This document shows positions 26,201-38,994 of a stretch of DNA of 64,000 bases, in pieces (the stretch's first letter is position 1; every line of letters starts with the position of its first letter). The stretch spans positions 94,738,001 to 94,802,000 of the forward strand of contig NC_086108.1 of NCBI RefSeq assembly GCF_963921235.1, in the 5' to 3' direction. Source of the stretch: Mobula hypostoma. Lineage: Eukaryota. Made by a program: the position numbers and the translations under genes. The notes under the pieces are model-generated. The model made no database searches, was not told where the DNA came from, and worked only from the letters and a program-made list of their open reading frames with translations.

Positions 26201-26812
26201 TAAAGAAATTTGGCCTGTCCCCTAAAACCCTCACTAATTTTTATAGATGCACCATAGAAAGCATTCTTCTAGGGTGCATCACAACCTGGTATGGAAGTTG
26301 TCCTGTCTAAGACTGAAAGAAGCTGCAGAAGATCGTGAACACGGCACAGCACATCACACAAACCAATCTTCCGTCCGAGGACTCACTTTACACTGCACGC
26401 TGTCGAAGCAGTGCTGCAAGGATAATCAAGGACCCGATCCACCCAGCCAACACACTTTTCATCCCTCTTCCCTCCAGAAGGCGGCTCAGGAGCTTGAAGA
26501 CTCGTATGGCCAGATTTGGGAACAGCTTCTTTCCAATTGTGATAAGACTGCTTAACGGATCCTGACCCGGATCTGGGCCGTAACCTCCAACTATCCGGAC
26601 CTGCCTCTCAGTTTTTTTGCACTACCTTACTTCCCATTTTTCTATTTTCTATTTATGATATATAATTTAAAATTTTAATATTTACTAATTTTTAACTATT
26701 TTTAATATTTAATATTTGTAATCCAGGGAGTGGGAAGTGCAGAATCAAATATCGCTGTGATGATTGTACATTCTAGTACCAATTGTTGACAATGAAGTAT
26801 AAAGTATAAGAA
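23300..26812 (+). mobile_element. Near full-length Rex1/Babar LINE (GC-rich 5'UTR, APE endonuclease, RT), frameshifted
   Basis: LPTILLANVQ..FTETWL, AGDFNQ, LDHCY, LNDYRPLALT, DYSSAFNTI, GAPQGCVL, FADD; 3' tail aagtataaagtataag. 5' boundary approximate. Confidence 0.9.
25834..25923 (+). mobile_element. ~90-nt extreme 3' CR1 tail inserted in the Rex1 RT
   Basis: Near-identical to the CR1 3' end at 40300-40390; ends ttctatgttctatg; lies just after FADDTIVGR. Confidence 0.8.
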
Positions 26813-26899
26813 AGTACAGGTTTACAAGACCTGCCCTTTTAGCTCTCCCACCATTCAGGGATCCTATCAGTCCTTCCGGGTGATGCAGCAATTCAAAGT

Positions 26900-27236
26900 T
26901 CACAGCAAATTTATTATCAAAGTACATATATGTCACAATATACAATCCTGAGATTCATTTTCTCGTGGGCATATTCAGTAAATCCAAGAACCATAATAGA
27001 ATCAATGAAAGACAGCACCCAAAAGGGCGGATAAACAACCGGTGTGTAAAATATAACTAACTGTGCAAATACAAAAGAAAAAAGAAATAGTAATAATATA
27101 TAAACAATAAATATTGAGAACATGAGACGAATAGTCTTTGAAAGTGAGCTCATAGGTGGTGGGAACAGTTCAGTGATGGGGCAAGTAAACTTCAGTGAAG
27201 TTGTCCCCACTAGTTCAAGAGCCTGCTGGTTGAGGG
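26900..27236 (-). mobile_element. Rex1-type LINE 3'UTR fragment
   Basis: Reverse complement resembles the Rex1 3'UTR at 52860-53175. Confidence 0.55.
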
Positions 27237-28067
27237 ATACTTCTTCCAATTTAGAGCAATGCATTCAGTGTCACAATATTGTATATCATGATATATGTAA
27301 GCCTTACACTGGAATAACGCAGAAGGCTGAAAACAGCACCTTATTGTTTGTCTGCGTATATTGAAGAAGTTGGTGCTTAATATTCAATTTAACAATTCCA
27401 GTTAACTAGTTTTGTTTTCCCTACAGAGATAGCTGTAATTTTGTGTTTAAATTTGCTTCATTTATCTTTGCTCTCCAAAATAATTACCTTGATAATTTTT
27501 GTGTATTGTACTATAGACATTCACTCTGTTCTCTGCACAGCGCACACTCCAGAATCCCCTACCACTTCTCTGCAACTCAAAACACACTTGCTTTCTTACT
27601 TTTCCAGTTCTGATAGCAAGTCCTTGACCAAATAATATAAACCTTGTTAAATATTAATCCTTAGTCCTTCAATGCAAACATAATTGGCTCAATTTAAATC
27701 GGATAACTACAAAAAATGTAGACTCTCTCATTTTTCAAATTAGTCACCCTAGTTCTCAAATAGCAACACCTCAATACCTTCATAATGCCACAATGATCTC
27801 AACATATCAATTTGAATTTTCCCATTCATTTCTAAGTACTGCTCTACAAAAATAATCAACCAACTACTGAAATACTCCTCACAATAATTAAAGAAACTAT
27901 TTTATATACAGTTTAAATGATTGATCACTTGACTCATAGCAACAAAAAATTGGGCAAAAAATGATGAATACAGTGAATAATACATACCAATAATTGAAAC
28001 TAAAATAACTTTAGGAAATTACCCAGTATAATCCACTACATAAAATTTAATTTGTCTCATAAATTAC

Positions 28068-28167
28068 CTGAGCTGCTCTTTGTTGAAGCTCCCATTGCCT
28101 GTCTTTAAGTGCTTGGTCCATACCAATGATGTTTGCATCCTTCTCTTGCAATTCACTTTTGCATTGT
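28068..28167 (-). CDS. CCDC18: CCDC18 exon ([34 protein letters not shown], 100 nt)
   Basis: ttcatag|A CAA ... CAG|gtaatt, phase 2/0; matches recalled human MDQALKERNWELKQRAAQ. Confidence 0.93.
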
Positions 28168-28341
28168 CTATGAAACAAAATTTTAAAAATCAGCAAAAAT
28201 AGTCTCACAGAGCTCAAGAGGGACCCAAAATAACTAAGGCAGTCTTCCTTACAATATCTCAAAAACACCTCTCAATAAAAGATTGGCTTTATTTGTCACT
28301 TGAACATTTAAACAGCAGAATGTATTGCTTGCATCGAGGAT

Positions 28342-30138
28342 TGTTACGAAGCCACAGGTTTCGTTTACTGTGGACTGTCACTTTAACAGCATGGGAAGCC
28401 AGTAGCTTCAGCTTGTCACAGCTGGGGTTTGGAATTCTTGTATACCCACAAGGGTGGGTGAAACATTGGCATGAAGTGCATAAAGAATGTGTGTCTGTCA
28501 CTTCGTATAATCCAAAGGAGTGGATTTTGTTTGGGATATCCTGTGGAGACCACTAATGTGTTAACCCTCGCCTGGGTATGTTGTGTACTTGAAGACGATA
28601 TCCCTGTGACAGGTCACTTTCAGTGATAACTCATGTGGATTTGGAACAAAACGACAGACAAGATCTTCAACGACGATACTTTCATTTACCTGTGGAATTT
28701 GACGTAGCCACCTTTTCTCTACATTTCACCCTGGATTACAAATGTCTCTCTCTCCTATCATTCATTCTGTGGATGAACTGAACTTTCATACTTTACCATC
28801 TCAAAACTTTTAAGCTTTGTTCCTCCAAGCTCAATAGTTTGGGAGCTATATTACACACATATATCCACATAGCACAGTTAACATTTGTTTATCTTTGTTA
28901 AGTTATGATATTATAAGTAGATACTAATAAAGATAGTGGTTTTAACATTAAAACCTGACTCAGTGTGAAATCTCTTGCTGCTGGTTTATTTCTAAAACGT
29001 TAAAGTTCATAACAAATTGGGGGCTCATCCGGGATATGAACAAATTTTGGTGCTTATTGGTCAATTGATTACTGATCTCATTGGCTACTTCTCTTTTGAT
29101 TTACTTGTGTGTGGAAATCAGCAGCAATGGATAGTGGGGCACTTCTAGACGCGCCAACCTCCGAGGCACTGGAGAAAGCCAAAAAGGATGAATTGTTGGC
29201 CATTGCTAGTGAGCTGAACCTTACCGAGATAAAGCGCGCTATGAGAAAGCCAGAGATTCGGAGGAAAATAGTTAAGAACTATGGATCTACGCAGATGTTT
29301 GACGAGGAGGTGTTAAAGAGGTTTCCTTTAAGTAAAGAGGAGATCCAGTTATGACTGGAACAAATTAAGTTTGATATACTTAAATTGGAAGCTGAGGAAA
29401 AAGGAAAAAAAGAGGGAAGATGCAGACAGACAGAGGCAGTTTGATGCTAGAGAAGCAGACAAACAAAGGGAGGAAGCAGAAAAACAGAGGTGGTTTGAAC
29501 TGGATAAGTTAAGGCTCGAGAAAGAAGTTGCTCGCTCTAGGGAATTGGTTGCACCATTTATTGCCACCCAGGAAGTTAAACTGGTCCTTCCATTTGATGA
29601 GACTGAAGTTGATAAATACTTCCAGCATTTTGAGAAAGTTGCTCAGAGTCTACAGTGGCCAAAAGGGGGTTGGCCTCTTCTCTTACAAAATGTAATTAAA
29701 TAAAAAGCTCAACAAGCTTATTCTGCCTTATTAATTGACGATGCAGCTAATTATGAGAGGGTGAAACAGGCTGTGCTTAAAGCCTATGAATTGGTTGCAG
29801 AACCCCATAGGGAAAGGTTTAGAAATTTCAGGAAATCTGTGACCACCTTTTCTCTACATTTCACCCTGGATTACAAATATCTCTCTATCATTCATTCTGT
29901 CGATGAACTGAACCTTCCTACTTTACCATCTCAAGACTTTAAGCTTTGTTCCCCGCCCCCCAGCTCAATAGTTTGGGAGCTATATTACACACATAAAACT
30001 GTTAACATTTGTTTATCTTGGTTAAGTTACGATATTAAAAGTAGATACTAATAAAGATAGTGGTTTTAACATTAAAACCCGACTCAGTATGAAATCTCTT
30101 GCTGCTGGCTTATTTCTAAAATGTTACAGTTTGCAACA
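28342..30138 (+). mobile_element. Internally deleted Gypsy (Gmr1-like) LTR retrotransposon: 5' LTR, PBS, partial gag, partial 3' LTR
   Basis: 5' LTR TG..CA 28342-29014; 3' LTR part 29843-30138 repeats 28708-29014; TSD GGAT at 28338-28341 and 30139-30142; gag motifs FQHFEKVAQSLQWP...VKQAVLKAYELV. Confidence 0.9.
29018..29035 (+). promoter_or_regulatory. Primer binding site complementary to tRNA-Pro 3' end
   Basis: TGGGGGCTCATCCGGGAT vs canonical TGGGGGCTCGTCCGGGAT (one mismatch), 3 nt after the LTR end. Confidence 0.85.
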
Positions 30139-30187
30139 GGATGTATTGGAACAACTCACAAGTGTCACCACTCTTTCACCATCTTCG

Positions 30188-31371
30188 GATTTTCAAAAGG
30201 CTTTTGACAAGCTACCACACAGGAGATTAGTGTGCAAACTTAAAGTACACGGTATTGGGGGTAAGGTATTGATGTGGATATAGAATTGGTTGGCAGACAG
30301 GAAGCAAAGAGCGGGAATAAACGGGACCTTTCCAGAATGGCAGGCAGTGACTACTGGGGTACCGCAAAGCTCAGTGCTGGGACCCCAGTTGTTTACAATA
30401 TATATTAATGACTTAGATGAGGGAATTAAATGCAGCGTCTCCAAGTCTGTGGATGACACGAAGCTGAGCGGCAGTGTCAGCTGTGAGGAGGATGCTAAGA
30501 GGATGCAGGGTGACTTGGATAGGTTAGGCGAATTCATGGCAGATGAAATTTAATGTGGATAAATGTGAGCTTATCCACTTTGGTGGCAAAAACAGGAAAA
30601 CAGATTATTATCTGAATGGTGGCCGATTAGGAAAAGGGGAGGTGTAACGAGACCTGAGTGTCATTATACACCAGTCATTGAAAGTGGGCATGCAAGTACA
30701 GTAGGTGGTGAAAAAGGCGAATGGTATGCTGGCATTCATAGCAAGGGGATTCGAGTACAGGAGCAGGGAGGTACTACTGCAGTTGTACAAGGCCTTTAGT
30801 GAGACCACACCTGGAGTATTGTGTGCAGTTTTGGTCCCCGAATCTGAGGAAAGACATCCTTGCCATAGAGGGAGTACAAAGAAGGTTCACCAGATTGATT
30901 CCTGGGATGGCAGGACTTTCATATGATGAAAGACTGGATGAACTAGGTTTATACGCGTTGGAATTTAGAAGATTAAGGGGTATCTTATTGAAACGCATAA
31001 AATCCTAAAGGGATTGGACAAGCTAGATGCAGGAAGATTGTTCCCGATGTTGGGGGAAGTTCAGAATGAGGGGTCACAGTTTGAGGTAAAGGGGAAGCCT
31101 TTTAGGACCAAGATGAGGAAAAACTTCTTCACACAGAGAGTGGTGAATCTGTGGAATTCTCTGCCACAGGAAACAGTTGAGGCCAGTTCATTGGATATAT
31201 TTAAGAGGGAGTTAGATATGGCCCTTGTGGCTAAAGGGATCAGGGGGTATGGAGGGAAGGCTGGTACAGGGTTCTGAGTTGGATGATCAGCCATGATCAT
31301 ACTGAATGGCAGTGCAGGCTCAAAGGGCCAAATGGCCTACTCCTGCACCTATTTTCTATGTTTCTATGTTT
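30188..31371 (+). mobile_element. 5'-truncated CR1 LINE
   Basis: [45 protein letters not shown]; tail ttctatgtttctatgttt. Confidence 0.9.
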
Positions 31372-31384
31372 CACAACTTAATAA

Positions 31385-31630
31385 CAGCGCTGTGGTTAGC
31401 GTGATGTTATTACAGCTCGGGGCAGTTAGTGTTCAGAGTTCAATTGCAGCGCTGCCTGTATTGGAGTTTGTGAGTGCATGCACTTCCTCTGGTTTCCTCC
31501 CCCAGTCCAAAGACGTAGTGGTTAGTAGATTAACTGGTCATTGTAAATTGCCCTGTGTTAGGCAAGGTGGGTTGCTGGGCGGTGTGGCTCACTGGCCTGG
31601 AAGGGCCTGCTCCGTGCTATGAAGTAAAAC
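31385..31630 (+). mobile_element. V-SINE-like SINE, degraded
   Basis: GGTTTCCTCCCCCAGTCCAAAGAC core; related to 4262-4553. Confidence 0.65.
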
Positions 31631-33359
31631 AAATTTGGATTGTGTGAGGAAACAAAAGCACTTGGAGGAAACCCATGCAGTCACAGAGAGAATGTATAAA
31701 ATCTTCGTAGAGAGCAGCAGGAATGAACTCCAATATTACAGCTAGTGCTACACGATGTCTACTCAGGATGTTAACGTGGTGCACTTTATGAAAGAATACG
31801 TTGGCTGGAATCCTGAATCAAAAGGGAATGCTGGTAATAATGAGATCAGGCAGCATCTTTGTAGAGGGGAAAAAACTGATGATCCTATCAGCAAACTGAC
31901 ACAAATGGAAAAGGCCAATTACCACCATTTTGTTGCATTTCTAACCTCCCCATCTGACTATGGGAGTAGGGTCCTCAAAGGAACCCCCAGGCTAGCAAAT
32001 AGACTTCCCGAATTCTCCTTTACTGCAACCTGCTCTGCCTGGTCCTCCACTTCACTTGCAACACAAGTCTTTCTTCCAGATTTCCATTAGAATCTCAGGA
32101 AATGTCTGGATCTGTCTATACTGTTAGCTTGCAGCTCCAGAACAAACAACATAACCAGTGGGATGATTGTGGCACCATCTGTGGAGAGGAGGTACTACCT
32201 GCAAAAATGGCTGTACATATCATCAGCAGTCTATCTGTTAATAAAGTAGCCTCCTGATCATCCATGCATCCTTCCTTTGGCACAGACTATAGAATTAAGC
32301 ATGAAGGGTATGAGTTACCCTTTAAATCATATAGTTGCAATGACTGAAGGGTCATAAAACCAAACTTTATTGGAATGGCTACGATTTTCCAAAGCAGGAA
32401 GGTCTAACTTAATTTCAGCTGACAACAATCAAAATGTGAGTTGCATGATGAGAAATATCAGTCTGGGTACATTCTGTATCTTAGACATTTGCCATGTGCT
32501 GGTAATTTTGTCAACTATGGATTTTTCACACAATAGCCACATATGAGAGTTACACAGTTACATCAATTTTCAATCACTTTGCATGTTAAAATGGAATACA
32601 ATTTTACATAACAATATCCTGAATTTGTGCGAGATAATTCAAAAGACAGAATTGGGCCTGCAGAAAAATAGTTAATTCTCATAATAAAAACTTCGACATC
32701 ATTATTTGCTAAACTTAAAGAACCCCTCTGGAATGATGAGTAATTCTTTCCAGCTGTTCTGTACAGTCTAAAGCTGCCACATAATACTTGCCACATGAGC
32801 TGTGTCACAAGTTATCAGAAATCATGGAACACTGATGGAGATCAGGAGTAGAAACTAATCCTCATTTCAGTCTATGAAAATGAATGCCCAATAATTTGGT
32901 AGTAAAAATACAGCATATACGTCAAGATAACATCATTCTTTGAAGTCAGGACAACGTTTACATTTTATGGTTGGGGCAAACAGCAGTTTCTACTCCAGCT
33001 ATACATATTTCCAAGTGTCCTATTCTGCAGACATTTGGAAAAAAATCAGTTGTCTGATGTGTTATGCCAATTGCTGCAGGATCTGGTATATTTTACATGG
33101 TTTGAAAATTCAGTATGATTTTTTTCAAGTCAGTTAATCTTAGAAACATATCCAAATTAAATCCATGTGCGCAACACAAAAAGCTATTTGTAAAGGATGG
33201 AAACTCCTTTAACCCTTACACAACAAATTGCGATAAACAATTAACTACAGTATTATAGTTTGCCTACACACTACTTGCTGACAACTACTTCATCTAGCCA
33301 TACTTTTAATGGTATAATAACCGTATTTTCAGTAGGCTATGGAAAATTATAAACATTTG

Positions 33360-33385
33360 AGATTCTATAGTTGCTGGAAACCCAC

Positions 33386-33435
<50 letters not shown>

Positions 33436-33700
33436 CTGGAGGAACTCAGCAGGTCAGGCAGCATCTACGTAAAGGAATAAAGAGTTGACATTTTGGGCCG
33501 AGAGTCTTCATCGGGACCAGAAGGCAAAGGGGAAGAATCCAGAATAAGGCGGCGAAGAGGTGGGAAGGAGAATAAGCGAGAACATGATAGGAAAAATATG
33601 GTGGACAGGGGAAGAGGAATATGAATTGTGATGTTGGGAGGTGATAGGTGGAAAGGTAAAGGTGGAAGATGAAGAAATCTGATAGGAGAGGATTATCAGT
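33360..33700 (-). mobile_element. Penelope-like pLTR fragment with an expanded (CA)n microsatellite (33390-33430)
   Basis: aaaatgctggaggaactcagcagg family; degenerate hammerhead core at 33484-33517. Confidence 0.65.
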
Positions 33701-34184
33701 CTAACTTTAGTTGACAAGTATATAATGAACAGAGTGCACAATCTCTATGAAGGTAAACAAGGCATCAGATTTTTTGCAAAATATTTTCCTGTTTATTGAA
33801 ACACCAAGTCATGATGGTTTCTTTCATTGTCTGGCTTGCCTTTTTGAGAGCATTTGTTCACAGCACACAGAGAAACAGTTGTTCAAGGATGAAGCATTTT
33901 GTTGCTCTACATCAGGGTTTCTCAACCAGCGTTCCATGAGAGGTCACGAGGGGTCTCATGAGAGATCATGATTTTAAAAAAACATTGTTTTTTGAACTTC
34001 TCATGATGCTAGCACTCGCAGTGGTGGGCAGTGACCCAGCAGACCCATTAGCAATCACAGTCCAGTGTGGCAGGGCACAGTTGAACCATGTTTATATGGT
34101 TGAGTCCAGTCTCAGTTTTTGAAGGGGAGGCTATTGATAATTGGTGAGCACTGTATTGCACTGAAGGGAGGACAGTAGGATGAT

Positions 34185-34427
34185 GGTGGTGAATCTATGG
34201 AATTTGTTGCCACGGGTGGCAGTGGAGGCCAAGTCATTGGGTGTATTTAAGGCAAAGATTTATAGGTATCTGAGTAGCCAGGGCATCAAAGGTTATGGTG
34301 AGAAGGCGGGGGACTGGGACTAAATGGGAGAATGGATCAACTCATGATAAAATGGCGGAGCAGACTTGATGGGTCGAATGGCTGACTTCTGCTCCTTTGT
34401 CTTACGGTCTTATGTCTTGTCTTATGA
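34185..34427 (+). mobile_element. CR1 3' fragment nested in hAT
   Basis: gtggtgaatctatggaat...cttacggtcttatgtcttg tail. Confidence 0.75.
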
Positions 34428-34674
34428 TGGTGAGCGCTACATCGCACACAGAGGAAGACGGTAGGCTGATGGCGAGTGCTGTATTACATGGAGGAGAGGA
34501 TGGTAGGCTGTTGAGGAGCGTGAAGTGCGTTTTCCAAGCATTGAATGGATTTGCCCAACTTGGGCTGTGACGTCAGCCTCTCTGTCCCGAATTACCTCCC
34601 CTAACTTCTCCTTACACGTCACCGACTAACATATGGGAGCGAACAAACTACCAATGTAGTAGAAAATTGGAGGG

Positions 34675-36926
34675 GGGGGCGTCACGTGATGACATGGGAT
34701 TGAGACGTGTAAATTCAGCTCTCCCGCAACAAATCAGTAAAGTACCGTTTAAATAAAACAAAGTTGGTAAATATTTTTTGAAAACTATTTATAAACTTTG
34801 TAAGACTACTTTACGGTATGCCTCCTAAACCGCAACAAAAGAAGTCTGCTGTTGCGAAGCAGCCACGAGACGGAAAGAAAAAAGGGCCTACTGCAACGAT
34901 GGAGCCTCGGACTCAGGTTGGATCTCCTTCGGTAGAACAGGGAGCAATGGCGGTGGCAGAGGTTGCTCCGAAGAAGACAACGGAATTGCGCATGCGCAAA
35001 TCGACACAACGCAAACTACAAGAACCGACACCCACTGCAATTGAAAGTGACTCAGAGTCAGAACTGGATTCTGTAGAGAACACAGATGAAGAAGAGGAGG
35101 AAGAATTGGAAGCGAGTGGAAGTAAAGGAGATGATAGAGACATAAGAGAGGCTGTATTGCGATCAACGGCTGAATTAAGGAAAGTAAGAGAAGAGCTTAG
35201 AGATACGAAGAGATGCTATAATAAAGTTATGGAAAGACAGGACAAAATGGAAAAGAAGCTTCAGAAGATGGAAAGAGAAATGGGGCTTATGAATGATAGA
35301 GTGGAAAAAACAGAAAATGATTTGCTTGTCTGGAACTCGGAAAGAAACCGACTCTTGGAGAAAGTGGACATGTTGGAAAATTTCAGTAGACGTAATAATA
35401 TAAAAATTGTTGGTCTTGCAGAAGGTATGGAAGGAGATAAGCCAATAGAATTTTTTCAAAGATGGATCCCGGAGGTTTTGCAAATGGGAGAGGAGGCTCG
35501 ATCAATTGAAATTGAGCGGGCACATAGAGCTTTAAGACCAAAACCAAAAGATGACCAATATCCACAATCGATTTTAATAAAATTCTTAAGATTTCAAGAC
35601 AAGGAAAGGATTCTACAGGCGGCTGTTTGAGCTGCCAAAGATAGAAAAGGGCCATTGATAATTAAAGGGAAAAGAGTTTTTTTCTACCCTGATATAAGTT
35701 ACAAACTTTTGAAGAAAAGGAAGAAGTTTAATCCAGTGAAAAAAACCCTATGGGAGCATGGTTATCAATTTATACTGCATTATCGTGCAACTTTGAAGTT
35801 TTTTTGTCTGGTGGAGAAAAAAGATTTTTTGATGACTACCAGAAAGCAGAGCAGTTTGTGCAAGATTCTCTGAATATTCACCAGATACAAGAACAAACTC
35901 AGGAGAGGGAGATAGATTGAAGATGAAGATTGGGTTTAAGAATGGATTTGTTGGATTTTTGAAGCTGGATGAATGTATAAATATAGTATTAATTATATGA
36001 GGGGGGTAAGAAAGGTTAATACTGGAGGAAATTAGCTGGGAATAATAATACTAATTTTGTTTATATAGATATAACTTTTTTTTTGTTGCGGGGGAGCTGG
36101 AAGAAGCACTGATCGATTGCTACGTTAATCATGTGTGCAAGCGTAGCTTTTGCCGCGACCCGTAAAATGGAGCGGGGTAGTGTTGTGTATCTTTTCATTC
36201 ACAACATTAGTGGGTGGGTATTTTGTTTTTTCTGTTTTTTTCTATCTTTTTTTTCTCTTTTTGCCTGGAAGGATGGGGGGGGGGGACGGACGGACACATA
36301 GCATCATGGTGAAGTTTAAAGTGATTCCCCAAGGAACTATGAGAGTTGAGAAGATAAGTAATGTTTTAGATGGAACAAATTACTGGAATTCAACTTCCAC
36401 ATAACCCTGTATTATTTCTATTAGGTGATATTGAAGGGATAAAACCGAAACTTAAATTGAATAAATATCAGAAAGAATTTATAAAAATTGCATTGGCAGT
36501 AGCTAAGAAGACTATAGCAGTTACTTGGAAATCTGATTCGTATTTAAGTATGGATCGCTGGAATAATGAAATGACTAGTTCTATTCCACTTGAAAAAATT
36601 ACTTATAATTTAAGAGATAATTATCTAACATTCTTGAATATTTGGCGCCCTTATTTACAAAAGATAGGATGTCATATTTAAGTGCTCCGACAAAGAATTT
36701 GGTTACTTGGGGAAAATAACGAATAATTATACCAAATTTATTTTGAATCCCATGGAGCATGTGGAAACCTTCCAATACCCAGGCGGCTCTTCTTTTTTTT
36801 TTCTCTTTCTTTCTTTTAGGTAGACTACATATATGGGGGGGGGGAGGGTTAAGGGGAGGGGGGTGGGTAGATTTTATCTTTTCATGTATTCTTTTTGAAA
36901 ATTCAATAAAAATTATATTAAAAAAA
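34675..36926 (+). mobile_element. L1-clade LINE retaining ORF1 but lacking almost all of ORF2
   Basis: ORF1 34818-~35900 (LENFSRRNNIKIVGL, IERAHR, FFYPD) with a TGA at 35628-35630; ORF2 C-terminus only (36370-36681); G-rich 3'UTR, AATAAA, polyA; TSD AGAAAATTGGAGGG at 34661-34674 and 36927-36940. Confidence 0.9.
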
Positions 36927-38994
36927 AGAAAATTGGAGGGAGATTTTCATTCTAAAGTTTATCCAGTGTGGCGATTTTTGAGGAAGAGGTGAGAGATGGA
37001 AGAGGAGGATTGTTGGCTTAGGTCTGATAAGGTTAATGATGAAGAATTACAATCTTCTGAGTCATTTCACTGCACTATTGCAACAATGGACACAAAAAAG
37101 TCCGCCTTTACAATGAAAGCTACTTATCAATGGGTTTTACATGCACTGTTGATCCAAGTTGACCTATTCCATTGTGCCTAGTCTGTGGCAAACAACTTAC
37201 AAATGTAGCAATGGCTCCAGCAAAATTGAAGAGACACTTAACTACAATTCACAGCCATATGGCACATAAAAGTAGTGATTATTAAACAACTATTGAAATC
37301 TCAAAACAAACAGATTAAAGCTTTTGAAAATAAAGTCACAATCAGTAAAAAGATCCAGGAAGCAAGTTATTTAGTAGTTTTAAGACCAGTTCAATTGAAA
37401 ATGTTTAAAAACCTTGTGTGAAAACCTGGACAAAGTACACTAATCTCCTGCCTTAGACAAAAATCTGGTGGCTTAGCATAGGGATGAGTTCTCAACAAAG
37501 TGTTTGAGCTGAGAGGTGAATTTCAGGAGTACTTTCAAGAAAATAGTAGGCTTTGCCAAGTGCTTTGAAGATGAAGAATGGCTGCAGAAACTAGCCTACT
37601 TAACACTTTTCATCATATGAACCAGATGAAGAAGTCTCCGCAAGGCCCTGGAGAAAATGTTTTGAGTTCAAGTGACAAGATTCTTGGATTTAGAAGGAAA
37701 CTGAACCTTTGGAAAAATTATGCTGCAAAAGGAAACCTTGAAATGTTTCCACTGCTGCTTGGCCTTGAGAGTGAGGAAGGATATCAGAAGTCTCGAGTCT
37801 TAATGAAAACCACCTGGAAGAACTGCAAAACAAAATTGAACAATAATTTTCCTTCCTTTCAACACAAGTGTATGACTGGGTGAGGGACCCTTCCTCAAAA
37901 TCTACTGTTCATTCTGAGAACTTGACATTGAAAGAAGAGGAAGAACTTTGTGAGTAGTACTCTGACCATGCACACAAGATGAGATTTACTGACCTGCCTC
38001 TGGACAAACTCTGGATTTCTGTGAAAGAAGAGCATCCTGCCATTCATAGGAAAGTGATTAACATTTTGCTGCAGTTTTCAACTTTTTACATGTGTGAGCA
38101 AGCTTTTTCTTGTTTAACAAGCATCAAGAGCAAGGATAGAAATAGTCTCATTTCAGTTGAAGGTGAAATCCGTATATGCTTGTCTCAAGTTTGACCCAGA
38201 ATTGAGAAATTTATTATGTATGCCTTATGAGTTTTTAAAATTAATGAAAGGAAAGAAAGAGATTAATTTCAAGAAAGATAAGTTTAACTACCTGGTTTTT
38301 TTTTCCAAGAAAGGTTGGCTAAAAATTCATTCTCTGCCCAAAAGAGCATTGACAATTATTTTTGGATTATTATATCTACAATTTACTGATCACACTAATG
38401 TTCAATGGAGCTGTAGATATAATAATTTTTATGCAGGGGTTTCCTGAGACCTGAAAATTATTTCAAGCGTTCTTCCAGGGCAAAAAGGTTGAGAAGGACT
38501 GCTCTACATAATCAACAGGCGAGGACTGCACTGTGCAAAGGGGAACTCTGTGGAATCAATTTTTTCTTCTCCCTTTACTTTCACTTGAGAAGGTCATATA
38601 TCCAACTACATGCCAGAAAGTAAATAGGCTTATGGTAATCAATATCAAGCCACTCCACAAAAAGTTTCTGGATCATTTTCACCTCTATTTACTGTGCAAT
38701 TTCAGCCAGGCCTTTTGTTGAAATTACTTCCTTATCCAAATTGTCATCTGTGTAAGGTGATTGGAGGAAGACTAGTGTCAGAGGTAGGATTTTTACACAG
38801 AGAGTGGAATGCACTGCTGGGGGTGGGTGATAAAGACTGATACAATAGGGTCACTTAAGAGGCTCTACGATTAAAGATTAGCTTTATTTGTCATGTGTAC
38901 ATCGAAACATACACAATCTGAGGACTGTGCTGTGACAGCGCACAACTGCAACCATGCTTCTGGTGCCAAGGTCACATACTTGCAACTCATTAAT

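Larger units (their letters stand above)
33913..38501 (+). mobile_element. hAT (Charlie/Buster-like) DNA transposon with decayed transposase, hosting CR1 and L1 insertions
   Basis: TIR CAGGGTTTCTCAACC / GGTTGAGAAGGACTG; perfect 8-bp TSD CTCTACAT at 33905-33912 and 38502-38509; dimerisation-domain motif LWISVKEEHP...LLQFSTFYMCEQAFSCL. Confidence 0.9.

Noticed and set aside
33390..33430. (CA)n tract as a distinct functional element
   Set aside because: Simple microsatellite expanded from the acacac run in the PLE terminus.
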